Below, piece by piece: positions 18,686 through 29,538 of a stretch of 64,000 bases of DNA; position 1 is the stretch's first letter, and each line of letters opens with the position of its first letter. The notes under the pieces are model-generated. The model was given only the letters and a program-made list of their open reading frames with translations. It searched no databases and was not told where the DNA came from. The translations under genes and the position numbers were made by a program. The DNA comes from Pirellula sp. (GTDB lineage Bacteria; Planctomycetota; Planctomycetia; Pirellulales; Pirellulaceae). Where the stretch lies: the NCBI GenBank assembly GCA_031374515.1, contig JANMGH010000130.1, forward strand, positions 5,318 through 69,317, in the 5' to 3' direction.

Positions 18686-20443
18686 TTACTGTGATTGCAT
18701 CTGATAAACCAATCTGCCACCGACAAAAGTTTGATAAACTTGAATGTCTTTTACTTGTTCTAGGGGGCAGGACAAGATATCGGTCTCGAGCACAATTATG
18801 TCCGCTAGTTTGCCTGTCTCAATGGACCCTTTCTTGGCTTCCTCAAAGGATAGCCATGCGTTGTTCATCGTGTAGAGTCGGATCGCTTGTTCTCGCGAGA
18901 GTGTTTGTGCAGACTGAAGTGCATCGCTGTCCGAACGCGGTTCGCGTTTCATAGCAATCCACATACCAAGAAAAGGGTTGTAAGGATTTACCGATCGAAA
19001 GCTTCCAATCTTTTGCATATGATCCGATCCGCCACCAACGATCACCTGTTTTTCAAAAAGCGTACGATAGGGCTGGAAGTATCGCATTCGTTCCTCCCCG
19101 AACTGTTTGCGCAATGTTTTGCCGTCCAGCCAAAGCCAAACGGGTTGTAGATCCGCAACGATGCCCGTCCTAGCCATGATATCGATTACTTCTGAAGACA
19201 TGAAATTGCAATGCGTGACACAAGGTCGTTTGTCACGAATCGAGAAATCGTCTCGGTCAATGGTATCGTATGTTTTCACCAACAGCTCAACAGCAGCATC
19301 GCCGACCGAATGGGCCGTCATCTGCAGACCATTGGACAAAGCCAGCTTGCTAATCGCGTAGAGTCTCTCCGGGTCGATATAACGGACACCTCTATATTCG
19401 GGATCACTGATCCCGTAGATACTGCTGACACCCCAAGGTTTTTGCATGTAAGCACTGCCGGTAAGCATTCCTCCATCGAGAAACACTTTGACTCCTCGCA
19501 GCCATAATCGATCGTTGTAAGCGTGGAGAGGCGAGTCGACTGCTTTTCGCACCTTTTGCTTGATCGTATCCAACGAGTCCGCCGCGTTGATTGCGTAAAA
19601 TAAAAACACTCTGCAATTCAGTTCCTTTGCGTCCTTGAGTGACTCGTAGAGCTCAATGGAATCGTCGCTGGCGTTGCGATCGGAAATACTTGTGATTCCC
19701 ACTGAGTTATAATCAGCGAGCAGTCGCTTTAATTGCGTTGTTCTGTCCAATTCGTTTGGTTTCTTACCAACTGTTGGCACCTTCAAAAACTTCTCGGCGC
19801 TACGAATAATGCCTGTCATTTCCCCTGTAGTCGGATCTAACTCGAGGCGGCCATTAATCCCCTCTGGGAATTTGAAGTCTCGGTCGATGCCACTCATTTT
19901 CAAGGCCATGGAATTAAGCGCTGCGTCCGGGCCTGTGCGAAAGAACACAGGGTTGTTGGGAGCAACGCGATCCAATTCCTTTCGGTTGGGAAAACGCTGA
20001 TCGTCTAATCGCGTTATGAAGACTTGACTGACCGTGATCCACTGACCAGGTTCAACTAAAGCCACACGGCCTTGAATGTACGCCAAAACGTCATCAATGG
20101 TCTGCATTGCTGGAATGGTATGATCAAATTCGTGAATAGAAGCTGCCGTTGCATGCACATGCGAGTCAATAAGACCAGGCATCAGAGTTTTACCATGCAA
20201 GTCGACTCGCTTTGTGTTTTTCCCCGCCAGCCGCAATACCTGATCGTCCGTTCCAACAGCCACGATTCTCTCGCCCGAGATCGCAACCGCTTGATGAATC
20301 GAAAATGCCTGATCCACCGTGATGACATGCGCATTATGAAAAATAACATCGGGCGCATCATTGTTTTGATACACGATTGCGGAACAAGGCAATTCGTGAG
20401 CAATCAACGCGAGCAGAAGGAATGGTCCAATCAACTGTCTCAT
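18686..20443 (-). CDS. amidohydrolase-family metal-dependent hydrolase (Amidohydro_3/YtcJ-like)
   Basis: Signal peptide, GLIDSHVHA metal-binding motif, C-terminal GSIE.GK.AD pattern. Confidence 0.8.
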   Translation of the reverse strand: MRQLIGPFLLLALIAHELPCSAIVYQNNDAPDVIFHNAHVITVDQAFSIHQAVAISGERIVAVGTDDQVLRLAGKNTKRVDLHGKTLMPGLIDSHVHATAASIHEFDHTIPAMQTIDDVLAYIQGRVALVEPGQWITVSQVFITRLDDQRFPNRKELDRVAPNNPVFFRTGPDAALNSMALKMSGIDRDFKFPEGINGRLELDPTTGEMTGIIRSAEKFLKVPTVGKKPNELDRTTQLKRLLADYNSVGITSISDRNASDDSIELYESLKDAKELNCRVFLFYAINAADSLDTIKQKVRKAVDSPLHAYNDRLWLRGVKVFLDGGMLTGSAYMQKPWGVSSIYGISDPEYRGVRYIDPERLYAISKLALSNGLQMTAHSVGDAAVELLVKTYDTIDRDDFSIRDKRPCVTHCNFMSSEVIDIMARTGIVADLQPVWLWLDGKTLRKQFGEERMRYFQPYRTLFEKQVIVGGGSDHMQKIGSFRSVNPYNPFLGMWIAMKREPRSDSDALQSAQTLSREQAIRLYTMNNAWLSFEEAKKGSIETGKLADIIVLETDILSCPLEQVKDIQVYQTFVGGRLVYQMQSQ

Positions 20444-20596
20444 AATGCTTCCATCATGTTAGAATTAGCGAGTAATCGAAATAGGTGATGCTGCAAATCG
20501 CAATTGTTCATTTGATTCATCAATAAGCTTAAACGCTCGGAGATCTTCCATGGCAAGTCTCAAGCTGCGAAGGTTCACCCTTTCGGATCAAAATGG

Positions 20597-21316
20597 TTAT
20601 AGAACCCCGAATTTTTGAAATGCTTCGGTCGCTGACATGCCGGCCGAAACCGCCTCGCGAATCTTGTTTTCTGCATGCACTTTGGACCACGCGGCCTCGA
20701 TGACTCTATACGCAATCGATTTGGGGATTGCCACGATCCCGTCGTCGTCCGCTGCAATCAAGTCCCCCGGATGTACAAGCACTCCCCCCAATTCAACTGG
20801 CACATCGAAATCAATGACGCGTTGCCGATCTCGACTATCGTAAGGGCAAGTACCTCGCGCAAAGGCACGGAATCCCATGTCTGTCATTTTTTGCACATCT
20901 CGGACTGCTCCGTCAACGATGACACCAGAACATCCTCGATTCTGCGCAACAAAAGAAAGCAATTCCCCCCAAACACCAGAACGCATCGATCCACCAGCAG
21001 CACAGACGATGACCTCGTTTGGCTTGCACGAATCAATCCCAGCCAATTCGAGCTCGTACGGGTTGGGGTCGATGTGCGCCATGTCCGCCCAGAGCATCGT
21101 CTTAGCCCAACCAAAAAGCAAACCTGTTTTTCCGGTAAGCCGAACGATTGGGAGGCGAGGTGATTGAGACCTGCAACCTGATGCATCCAGTGCGTCACAC
21201 AAAAGCGGAACACTCAAATGCTTTCGAATCTCAGACAGTTGAATCGGCAACAATTCAATGCGATCTCCGTCGCCACTCGGTAGCTTCGGGATGAACGACG
21301 TTGTTTCCATTTTCAA
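20597..21316 (-). CDS. RraA-family protein / 4-hydroxy-4-methyl-2-oxoglutarate aldolase-like
   Basis: GELLSFVAQNRGCSGVIVDGAVRD and GDLIAADDDGIVAIP are typical of the RraA/DlpA fold. Confidence 0.75.
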   Translation of the reverse strand: MKMETTSFIPKLPSGDGDRIELLPIQLSEIRKHLSVPLLCDALDASGCRSQSPRLPIVRLTGKTGLLFGWAKTMLWADMAHIDPNPYELELAGIDSCKPNEVIVCAAGGSMRSGVWGELLSFVAQNRGCSGVIVDGAVRDVQKMTDMGFRAFARGTCPYDSRDRQRVIDFDVPVELGGVLVHPGDLIAADDDGIVAIPKSIAYRVIEAAWSKVHAENKIREAVSAGMSATEAFQKFGVL

Positions 21317-21520
21317 GCTAATCCTTCCTCACTACTTGAGTGATATGATGTTCGAACGCAAACCAACTCTCTCCAGTTCTCTTTTGTCCTGCCATTGAAG
21401 GAATCCTATCCGTCCCATTGACCGAACGCAACCAAACCCTCTATTTCCGCAACACCAAACTCTGGGTGAAGTCTATCGGATTTGGTTCCAACAATTCACT
21501 ACAACAAAAAAGGGCAGGCG

Positions 21521-23059
21521 ATGGTGGCCAAAAAACAATTCCGAATACTGGTTTCAGGCCTATTTCATGAAACGCATTGTTTTTTGGATGGCTTTACAAA
21601 TTGGAACGCATTTGAAGTCCGTACGGGTATTGACATGCTGCGAGCAATCGGTGACTCCTCACCCCTTGGCGGCTTTCTCGAATACGCGGCACAGCAGGAC
21701 TGGGTCGTATTGCCTACGCTATTCGCAAGCGCCGTCCCCGGTCCCATCGTCGAAGCAGATGTGTTCGAACGCTTTTGGAATTCCTTTGTTGAACTCGCAA
21801 CGCCGAGTCTATGCGAAAGTGTCGACGCAATCTTTCTCATTCTTCACGGAGCCTTTGTATGCTCGGATCAACTCGACGTGGATGGTGAGTTGTTGCGTCG
21901 AATCCGAAATTTACCAAACGCACATACAGTCCCAATCTTTGGTGTCTATGATCTTCATGCAAACTTCTCAGAGGCGATGGCAACCAACGCGGATTGTTTG
22001 GTCGGTTACCGCGAGAATCCCCATACAGATGCACGAGAGTCTGCGATGCGGGCTGCCTCACTTCTATCGCACTTCTTGACGCGGCAGGTTCGTCCTTTCC
22101 AAGTATTGAAACAGGCGCCAATCATCCTGCCTCCAACGGCGACCGCTAGCAACGAACAACCAATGAAGCGACTGCTTGATTTGGCTCGTAGCCTGGAGCA
22201 AGAGCATTCCAATTTTTGGGCAGTCAATGTCAATGCGGGCTTCGCCTACGCTGACACTTGCGATACGGGTCTTAGTTTTTCCATCGTTACCGAAGGAAGC
22301 ACCGAGGAAGCGACGCATGCATTGAACGAACTGACGGCGATGGCGGTTCAACATCGTCGGGACGGCTCACCTAAACACGAGTCGATACAACAAGTTTTCG
22401 ATCGCTTGCAACAGATGCGTAGTGCGCAACAATTGGATGGATTGACGGTTCTTGTTGAACCATCAGACAACATTGGTGCAGGAGCTCCTGGCAACGGTAC
22501 ATCTTTGCTTGAAGCGCTTATCGCATACAACTTTGATAATGCTGCGATGTGCTTATGGGCACCCAACTCAGTTTCGCAACTGAGCAATTCTCGTTCAGGG
22601 GATCGAGTCCAACTGGAGTTCGTTGGTGCCCAAGTCTTGGCTTGTTCTGGTCCTATGCGAATGGATTGTCAATTCCTGCGTTGTTGCGACGGTTATTTCG
22701 AACTAGAGGACAAGCAGAGCCATCTCGCAAGTATTGCCGGCGACCACTTTGATATGGGCAAATGTGCAATCATCTATTATTGCGGTATTACGATCCTATT
22801 GACCAGCAATCGCACACCACCGATGGATCTCGGTCAATGGCGACACGTCGGATTGGTTCCTGAAAGCTACTCTATAATCGTGGTCAAAGCGGCAGTCGCT
22901 CATCGTAGGGCATATGATCCCATTGCAAGGCGGCAATTTTGGGTTGAGACGCCGGGCCCATGTTCTTCAGACCTCTCGAACCTTAGGTTCAAGAATGTCC
23001 GTCGACCGATTTTCCCACTCGATGCGATCATTGAGGCTGAGGCGAATGGAGGGCCCTAG
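21521..23059 (+). CDS. M81-family (MlrC-like) metallopeptidase
   Basis: FRILVSGLFHETHCF N-terminus, LHGA...D.DGELL, DLHAN.S, YRENPHTD. ORF 21482.. trimmed to the ATG at 21521. Confidence 0.75.
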   Translation: MVAKKQFRILVSGLFHETHCFLDGFTNWNAFEVRTGIDMLRAIGDSSPLGGFLEYAAQQDWVVLPTLFASAVPGPIVEADVFERFWNSFVELATPSLCESVDAIFLILHGAFVCSDQLDVDGELLRRIRNLPNAHTVPIFGVYDLHANFSEAMATNADCLVGYRENPHTDARESAMRAASLLSHFLTRQVRPFQVLKQAPIILPPTATASNEQPMKRLLDLARSLEQEHSNFWAVNVNAGFAYADTCDTGLSFSIVTEGSTEEATHALNELTAMAVQHRRDGSPKHESIQQVFDRLQQMRSAQQLDGLTVLVEPSDNIGAGAPGNGTSLLEALIAYNFDNAAMCLWAPNSVSQLSNSRSGDRVQLEFVGAQVLACSGPMRMDCQFLRCCDGYFELEDKQSHLASIAGDHFDMGKCAIIYYCGITILLTSNRTPPMDLGQWRHVGLVPESYSIIVVKAAVAHRRAYDPIARRQFWVETPGPCSSDLSNLRFKNVRRPIFPLDAIIEAEANGGP

Positions 23060-23304
23060 ATCCTAGTTTCGAATCGGCCCTTGAGATACGTAAGAAGCAA
23101 ATTACTAAGTTTTCAGAATCCTTTAGGACGCATGACAATACGGACACACCGTTGATCTCGATTTCCAAAGCGATGGAAATGGGGTCATGCCTCTAAGTTC
23201 CGATTCGGAAAAGCTAAAGCGATAAGGACTGCGACAACGTTAGCGATGATTCGGCTGCTCTTCAACCTCGAGTGGCATGTGGCGTGCGCCCGTCGTCATG
23301 GAGC

Positions 23305-24870
23305 CTAAGGCCGACTTCGCCCCGATGCGATCGATTGCTTGAGCAGTGATACCATTTCGGCAACGATCTCTGGCTTTTTTAGCGTGAGGTTTGTGGTTTC
23401 TCCGGGATCCATTTCAAGATCATACAACTGTCCGGATGCCATCGGTTCGGTGTCAGGCAATGCATAGAGTTTAAGCTCGGGATTGGTTTCATAATTATTT
23501 CCACCGGAACCCTTGTGCGCCAGATATTTCCAATTGCCGCGTCGAATCGCCAAATCGCGTGAGCCACTGAACCCCTGCTGAAGCAAAAATGGTCGAATGG
23601 GTCCGCTGTCTTGCCCTGCAAATACTGGTAGCAAACTAAAGCTATCTTCTGCCTGATTGTCTGGAACTTTTGCGCCGACTAGTTCGGCCGCGGTTGCAAA
23701 AATATCGCACAGCGACGTAAGCTGAGCGGAGTTCGAAGCCGGTCTAATCTTGCCTGGCCATCGGACGATAAAGGGGACTCGATGACCACCTTCCCAGTTG
23801 TCCCGTTTCACGCCCCGCCAAGGTCTCGCTCCATCGTGGTGGTGATCTTGACGCATATGATAAACTGTTGGAACTTCAGGCCCATTGTCGCTGGTAACAA
23901 TTACCAACGTGTTGTCGGCTACACCCAACTCGCCAAGAGTCTTCAGCAATTCGCCAACGATGTGGTCAAACTCAAAAATGAAGTCACCGTGGGGCCCCGA
24001 TTCTGTCTTGCCTCGGTAATCTCTCCCAGGAAACGAGGGGAGATGAACGGCTTGCGTTGCATGAAAAAGGAAGAATGGCTGGTTGGGCTTCGTACTGACC
24101 TGTTGACGCAAAAACTGCTGGCTCTTTCCCAAGAACTTCATGTCGACTTCTTCTAAGTCAAAGTCAGGTGCCTGCCAGCCGCGACGGTTGTCGTTTGCGT
24201 ACGGGTGTTTGGGAAGTTTTGATTTGTCAAGCAAATGCGTCGGCGGTACTGGTATTCGGTCGCCGTCGATATAAGCGTAGAGCCAATCGGTAGTCGGGCA
24301 ACAAGCAGTCCCAAAGAACTGATCAAATCCACAATCGAGTGGCCCGCCTTCGATGCGCCGTGTGTAGTCGATCGATTTCACGGACTCGGGATCCCCTCTA
24401 TGGATCGGATTCCTCTCGTTGTCGTAAAAGGTCAACCCAATATGCCACTTGCCAACACAAGCTGTAGAGTACCCATTCTCTTTTAGCAATTTGGGCAAAG
24501 TGAATCGGTCGGGCGCAATCAAGGATGGGCCTCCAACGCCACTGAAAACGCGACCACCATTGGGGACTCGAAACGCCATTTGCCCTGTCATCAGACTATA
24601 CCGCGTCGGCGTACACACCGTACACGGGCTATGCGCATCTGTGAATCGCATACCGTCGACCGCGAGTCGATCCAGGTTCGGTGTCGGAATACGAGACTCG
24701 GGATTGTAACACCCGACGTCTCCATAGCCTAAATCATCCGCCAGTATCAGAACGATGTTGGGCGGTGATCGTTGATCAACGGTTGTGGCGAACAGCCCAT
24801 CGTTGCCGATCGCTCCTGCAAAAGTGGCAATCGAGGCAAGTACAAGCAAGTTAAAAAGGCTTTTGAGCAT
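23305..24870 (-). CDS. arylsulfatase
   Basis: PNIVLILADDLGYGDVGCYN, C-T-P-T-R in CTVCTPTRYSLMTGQ, TSDNGP. ORF start 25071 trimmed to the ATG at 24870 ahead of the signal peptide. Confidence 0.9.
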   Translation of the reverse strand: MLKSLFNLLVLASIATFAGAIGNDGLFATTVDQRSPPNIVLILADDLGYGDVGCYNPESRIPTPNLDRLAVDGMRFTDAHSPCTVCTPTRYSLMTGQMAFRVPNGGRVFSGVGGPSLIAPDRFTLPKLLKENGYSTACVGKWHIGLTFYDNERNPIHRGDPESVKSIDYTRRIEGGPLDCGFDQFFGTACCPTTDWLYAYIDGDRIPVPPTHLLDKSKLPKHPYANDNRRGWQAPDFDLEEVDMKFLGKSQQFLRQQVSTKPNQPFFLFHATQAVHLPSFPGRDYRGKTESGPHGDFIFEFDHIVGELLKTLGELGVADNTLVIVTSDNGPEVPTVYHMRQDHHHDGARPWRGVKRDNWEGGHRVPFIVRWPGKIRPASNSAQLTSLCDIFATAAELVGAKVPDNQAEDSFSLLPVFAGQDSGPIRPFLLQQGFSGSRDLAIRRGNWKYLAHKGSGGNNYETNPELKLYALPDTEPMASGQLYDLEMDPGETTNLTLKKPEIVAEMVSLLKQSIASGRSRP

Positions 24871-25204
24871 AGACAACCTGAGGCGACGCAACGGTCCGCT
24901 TATTCCTTTTGTTGGAACCTCGGACAAACGAAATCGAAATTGGCTGACGTCGCTACAATATAGTGCAGATAGTGTAGAAGTGTCACCATCGCGGCAGTTC
25001 TCCATCGGTTTACAACCGTTTCCTCGCATGATTTGTGCGCATAAAATCGGCTCCGTGAAGATAAAGTCCAATACGCGTCATCCAAAAGCCTCCACACTAA
25101 GACTGCCAACTTCATAATCTTCCGAGCATTCTCATCCTCTTGTTTTTGGACCAGATTGCCTGCTTAGTTTGTCCCACCTTATATTCATCGGAGTAGATGT
25201 AGTC

Positions 25205-26194
25205 ATGAAAAAATCACGTGGTTTTACATTGGTCGAACTTTTGGTAGTTATCGCGATCATCGGCATTCTTGTCGGGTTGCTGTTGCCGGCGGTTCAAGCG
25301 GCTCGTGAAGCCGCACGCCGAATGCAATGTTCGAACAACATCAAGCAGCTAGGCTTAGCCGCACACAACTACCATGATGCGTACAAGAAATTCCCAATAG
25401 GCCAGCATTTGTATGGCACGACAACAGGCGGGGTTTTTCGCGGCCTCGGGTACAATTGGAGTTTTGCACTGTTACCCTTTATCGAACAAACAAATCTCTA
25501 CAACCAGTTCGACAATCGCTTCCCCGTTTTTGAGAAAACCATTACCAAAAATGGTTTGTTGGCTTCTACACCTCTAGCCGCGTTTAGTTGCCCCTCGGAC
25601 ACAAAACCTCCGACGATTGACCTGGCATCGGAAGCGATTAGACCAGCAGCGACTAGCAGTTATAAGGCGGTTAACGGCGCTTACAACAATGGCTACTCGA
25701 CGCTAACAAATACCGACCAAACCGCATTCAATGGAACGTTTGAGAGAGATTCCCGATCCATCTACGGCATAAAAGACCTGACCGATGGTACCAGCAATAC
25801 AATCATCTTCGCCGAGACAAAATGGGGAATGAACGCGAGCAAGCGTACGAGAACGTATATCTACGGGGCATCAGATCCCACAACCACTTTTGCCTCGGGC
25901 GCCAGTGAATGCAGCTTTGTTAATGGCCAGACTCCCATGAACTGGGTTATCACGGTTGCCGTTTCAAGCGCCAACAGGACAGCTGGCAGTTTCCATCCCG
26001 GTGGAGCTCAATTCGCATTCGGCGATGGTTCTGTTCGCTTTATCAGCGAAAACATCGACCACACTGCGTCGGCCTATTTCCCAGCCGCTCCCTACATGCA
26101 AGGCGCGACAGCGCCAAGAAACACACAGCCCTTTGGAACCTATCAACGTCTGTTCGCAGTAGCCGATGGCCAGGTTGTTCAAGGCATTGAGTGA
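25205..26194 (+). CDS. DUF1559 protein with prepilin-type N-terminal methylation motif (H-X9-DG class)
   Basis: [37 protein letters not shown] followed by C-terminal HPGGAQFAFGDG. Confidence 0.9.
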   Translation: MKKSRGFTLVELLVVIAIIGILVGLLLPAVQAAREAARRMQCSNNIKQLGLAAHNYHDAYKKFPIGQHLYGTTTGGVFRGLGYNWSFALLPFIEQTNLYNQFDNRFPVFEKTITKNGLLASTPLAAFSCPSDTKPPTIDLASEAIRPAATSSYKAVNGAYNNGYSTLTNTDQTAFNGTFERDSRSIYGIKDLTDGTSNTIIFAETKWGMNASKRTRTYIYGASDPTTTFASGASECSFVNGQTPMNWVITVAVSSANRTAGSFHPGGAQFAFGDGSVRFISENIDHTASAYFPAAPYMQGATAPRNTQPFGTYQRLFAVADGQVVQGIE

Positions 26195-26232
26195 GTCGAA
26201 GAATTTGCCTACGAATATCGAGAGGGGATCTG

Positions 26233-26670
26233 ATGAATAGGTTCATGACTGCAATGTGTGTATTGTTAGCAATTGGCTTTTTGGTTGGTTGCGGCGTGGA
26301 TGGACCGGAAATTGCCCGCGTGCAGGGAAGGGTCACGATGGACGACAAGCCTCTGCAAGGTGCAATTATCATGTTTGTCCCAGTAGGTGGGCGTCCATCT
26401 GCAAGTGAGACAGACGCCAATGGAAAGTATGTCTTAGAATTTAGCGCTGGTAGAAAGGGAGCAATTCCGGGAATGAACCGCGTGGAGATCAACACCGCCA
26501 GACAAGCCTACGAAAAAGATGGTAAAAACTACCCTGCCGTCAAAGAGAGTGTTCCAGGTAAGTACAATCGCAATACCGAACTTGAGTTTAATGTTGAACC
26601 AGGGAAGAATAACATCGCAGACTTCCCCTTAAAATCCGGAGGCAAGATTATCCAAGACAATAGTCAGTAG
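26233..26670 (+). CDS. small lipoprotein with carboxypeptidase-regulatory-like fold
   Basis: LAIGFLVGCG lipobox, VQGRVTMDDKPLQGAIIMFVP. ATG at 26233 after GAGGGG. Lies 38 nt after the DUF1559 gene. Confidence 0.75.
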   Translation: MNRFMTAMCVLLAIGFLVGCGVDGPEIARVQGRVTMDDKPLQGAIIMFVPVGGRPSASETDANGKYVLEFSAGRKGAIPGMNRVEINTARQAYEKDGKNYPAVKESVPGKYNRNTELEFNVEPGKNNIADFPLKSGGKIIQDNSQ

Positions 26671-26688
26671 ATGATTCGGGATCCATGA

Positions 26689-27462
26689 ATGAAGAGCCAT
26701 TCTAAACGGGCTGAGAGCGTTTTACCCCTAACGGTTTCCTCGATACAAATCGAACTTTTGGTAACACTTTTCGATCAAACCTCAGATGTTGCGTTCTTCG
26801 TAAAGAATGCGTGCGGACAGTATGTTGCAGTTAATGAATCTCTACTGAATCGTCATGGACTCAAGAGAAAAGAGGACGCCATCGGAAAGCGTCCCAGAGA
26901 CATCTGCCCAGGTGATTTTGGTCGAGTACCTACCGACCAAGACGATAAAGTTCTACGCACGCGGCAACCTATTGTAAATCACCTCGAAATGCAGTGGCAC
27001 CGCCCATACGAGCCAGTTTGGTGCCTCACTACAAAACTCCCGATTCTCGATACCAATAGCCAGGTTTTGGGTTTGATTGGATTTTCGCGCGACGTACGCT
27101 TGCAAGTAGAAAGCCACGATATACCTGAGGAGTTTGCAACCGCATTGGACCATTTTGAACTAAACGTAAGCGAACTCCGATCGCCCACAGTCCTCGCAAA
27201 GCGATCCAACTTGACACTGCAACGATTGAACCGCATGACGAAGCGCCTTTTCGGTTTGACTGCCGGACAGCTCATAAACAAGACGCGTGTCGCAGCAGCT
27301 TCTCGCATGTTGCTAGAAACTCAAAAACCGATAACCGAAATCTCTTTGGCCTGCGGATTCTTTGATCAAAGCGCTTTTACGCGATCTTTTCGTCACGCGA
27401 CCGGTGTAACACCCTCTGAATTTCGAAAGCAGTCGCTTCCGAACCGGCTTTGCTCCGAATAA
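26689..27462 (+). CDS. AraC-family regulator with N-terminal PAS-like sensor
   Basis: C-terminal ISLACGFFDQSAFTRSFRHATGVTPSEFR. Lies 18 nt after the lipoprotein gene. Confidence 0.85.
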   Translation: MKSHSKRAESVLPLTVSSIQIELLVTLFDQTSDVAFFVKNACGQYVAVNESLLNRHGLKRKEDAIGKRPRDICPGDFGRVPTDQDDKVLRTRQPIVNHLEMQWHRPYEPVWCLTTKLPILDTNSQVLGLIGFSRDVRLQVESHDIPEEFATALDHFELNVSELRSPTVLAKRSNLTLQRLNRMTKRLFGLTAGQLINKTRVAAASRMLLETQKPITEISLACGFFDQSAFTRSFRHATGVTPSEFRKQSLPNRLCSE

Positions 27463-27803
27463 CTGACCATTAACTTGCGTCCCTGATTTGCATCTATTAG
27501 TCTCTAATAAGTTCAAAACCATTTGTTCGAATTGTCGACCCACCCTCCTAAACATGCGTCGCGCTCATTGCCTCGTTTGGCAGTCCCCTCCTATTGAACG
27601 CCTTTAGTTCAACGCAATCTTACATCCATTGGCAACAGAGTCACGGTACTCGAACTCGATTGCGAAGTTCGGGATTGGTTTGATAGACCATCTCGTTCAA
27701 GTCGCCAGCCCCGCCTACGTGCGCATGTGCCTCGACCAAACTAGCGTTCCGAAGTACGTGTATTGCCAGTCTATTCCAAATAGCCTTTATTGCTTGTGGT
27801 CTT

Positions 27804-29291
27804 CTAGTCGGGGACAGCCTTTTTTACGTTGCCCCTATTCTTCTTCTCGGTTGAAGCGGTACCGTCATTTTGGGTTGGCATGGGGGCGCTCACTTCTTTG
27901 CGCCAAGCGATTAGTCGCGAATGAAGTTCCTTTGCTTTGTCAGGCATCTTCTCGCTTAGATTCTCGGATTCGCCGATGTCAACGCGAAGGTTGTAAAGTT
28001 CCAGACGACCGTCTTCTAGATATTCCATCAGCTTCCAATCGCCGACTTGAATGACACTCACTGGGGTTGTGCGCCACAATCCAGGCCCAGAGCCCAAGTA
28101 GCCAGGAAAGTGTTGATAAATGGCATCGCGCTGTAGACTTGCGCTCGGGTTGCGAAACAGTTTGACGAGACTCTCACCATCGAGAATTTGATTTGGCTTT
28201 GGGGCGTTGCCGATTTCCAAAAATGTCGGGAAGACATCCACATGTGCGGTTGGCACATCGCACTTGGAGTTGGGTTTGGTTACACCAGGCCATCGAACAA
28301 TGAATGGCTCTCGCGTGCCTCCTTCGTAGAGACTCCCCTTTCCGCTGCGAAGCGGAGCATTATCGGTGATTCCGCCGCCATCCTCGTCCTCTCGTTTCTT
28401 TGCTTTAGCCTTGTCCTCGTAGCCTGGTTCGCGGATGAGGCCGTCGCGACGGTCGTAGCCACCGACACCTCCGTTGTCGCTAGTGAAGATAAGAACCGTA
28501 TTATCAGCTAATTTTAAATCGTCAAGAGTAAGCATGACGCGACCTACACTTTCATCTACGCTGGCAATCATTGCTGCGTAGGTGGGACTGTTGTGTCCCC
28601 CGCTGGCGACTTTTGGTTTGAACTTGGCGATCAAGTCCGCCTTGGCTTGGTGCGGTGAGTGTACGCCGAAATGCGGGAGGTAGAGAAAAAATGGTTTGTT
28701 CTTGTGACGTGTAATGAAGTCTACTGCTTTGTCTGTTAGAAAGTCCGCGAGATAAGTTCCTTGGGGATACTCCGTACTGGGATCTGTTGCGAACTCGAAG
28801 TGCTTGCCTGCGCTGACGATTGCCTCATCAAAGCCCCGATTCCCTGGATGATACTCCTTGCGATCTCCAATGTGCCACTTGCCGAACATGGCCGTTGCGT
28901 AACCAGCCGCCTTAAGTTGCTTCGCGATAATATCTCGGTCAAGTGGCAAATTTGTTACGTTATCGACCGGACGCAAAGGGCGTGAACTCCAGTCAAACCG
29001 CTCGATTCCTCCGACGGTATATACGCCGGTGCGTGCTCCGTACTGACCGCTCATCAACGCAGCCCGCGTGGGTGTGCAGTTCTGGCAGTGATGGTGGCTG
29101 AGGAGCTTCATACCTTGCGAAGCAAGCCGGTCGATGTTTGGGGTTTCGTAGTACTTACTGCCATAGGCAGCTGTATCCGTCCAGCCAAGGTCATCGGCCA
29201 TAATGAAGACAATGTTAGGCCGCTTGTCGTCTGCGAAAGCGTCCGAGAACGCGATCGCAACGAACATAAAAAAGGGGAATATTGGTTTCAT
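27804..29291 (-). CDS. sulfatase
   Basis: PNIVFIMADDLGWTD, CQNCTPTRAALMSGQ, TSDNGG. Confidence 0.9.
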   Translation of the reverse strand: MKPIFPFFMFVAIAFSDAFADDKRPNIVFIMADDLGWTDTAAYGSKYYETPNIDRLASQGMKLLSHHHCQNCTPTRAALMSGQYGARTGVYTVGGIERFDWSSRPLRPVDNVTNLPLDRDIIAKQLKAAGYATAMFGKWHIGDRKEYHPGNRGFDEAIVSAGKHFEFATDPSTEYPQGTYLADFLTDKAVDFITRHKNKPFFLYLPHFGVHSPHQAKADLIAKFKPKVASGGHNSPTYAAMIASVDESVGRVMLTLDDLKLADNTVLIFTSDNGGVGGYDRRDGLIREPGYEDKAKAKKREDEDGGGITDNAPLRSGKGSLYEGGTREPFIVRWPGVTKPNSKCDVPTAHVDVFPTFLEIGNAPKPNQILDGESLVKLFRNPSASLQRDAIYQHFPGYLGSGPGLWRTTPVSVIQVGDWKLMEYLEDGRLELYNLRVDIGESENLSEKMPDKAKELHSRLIAWRKEVSAPMPTQNDGTASTEKKNRGNVKKAVPD

Positions 29292-29538
29292 TGGTTTGTG
29301 CCAAGGTGAATCGCCGGGAATAAAATTAACGACTTGATTATACAGAGATTACGCCATCGTGGAGCAGCCGCACGGGCCGATTCGTTTTGAGGGGAGTGCT
29401 ACGGAGGCTTGACTTTGCCGAGCAGACTCAAAAGACCCATCATTACTATCTGGAAACCTTTTTCCATTCAAAACCATAGTGCCTTCTTCTAGTCGTAACG
29501 ATCGGCGCAGTTGTGCACGTAACGCTGGAGCTACAGTA

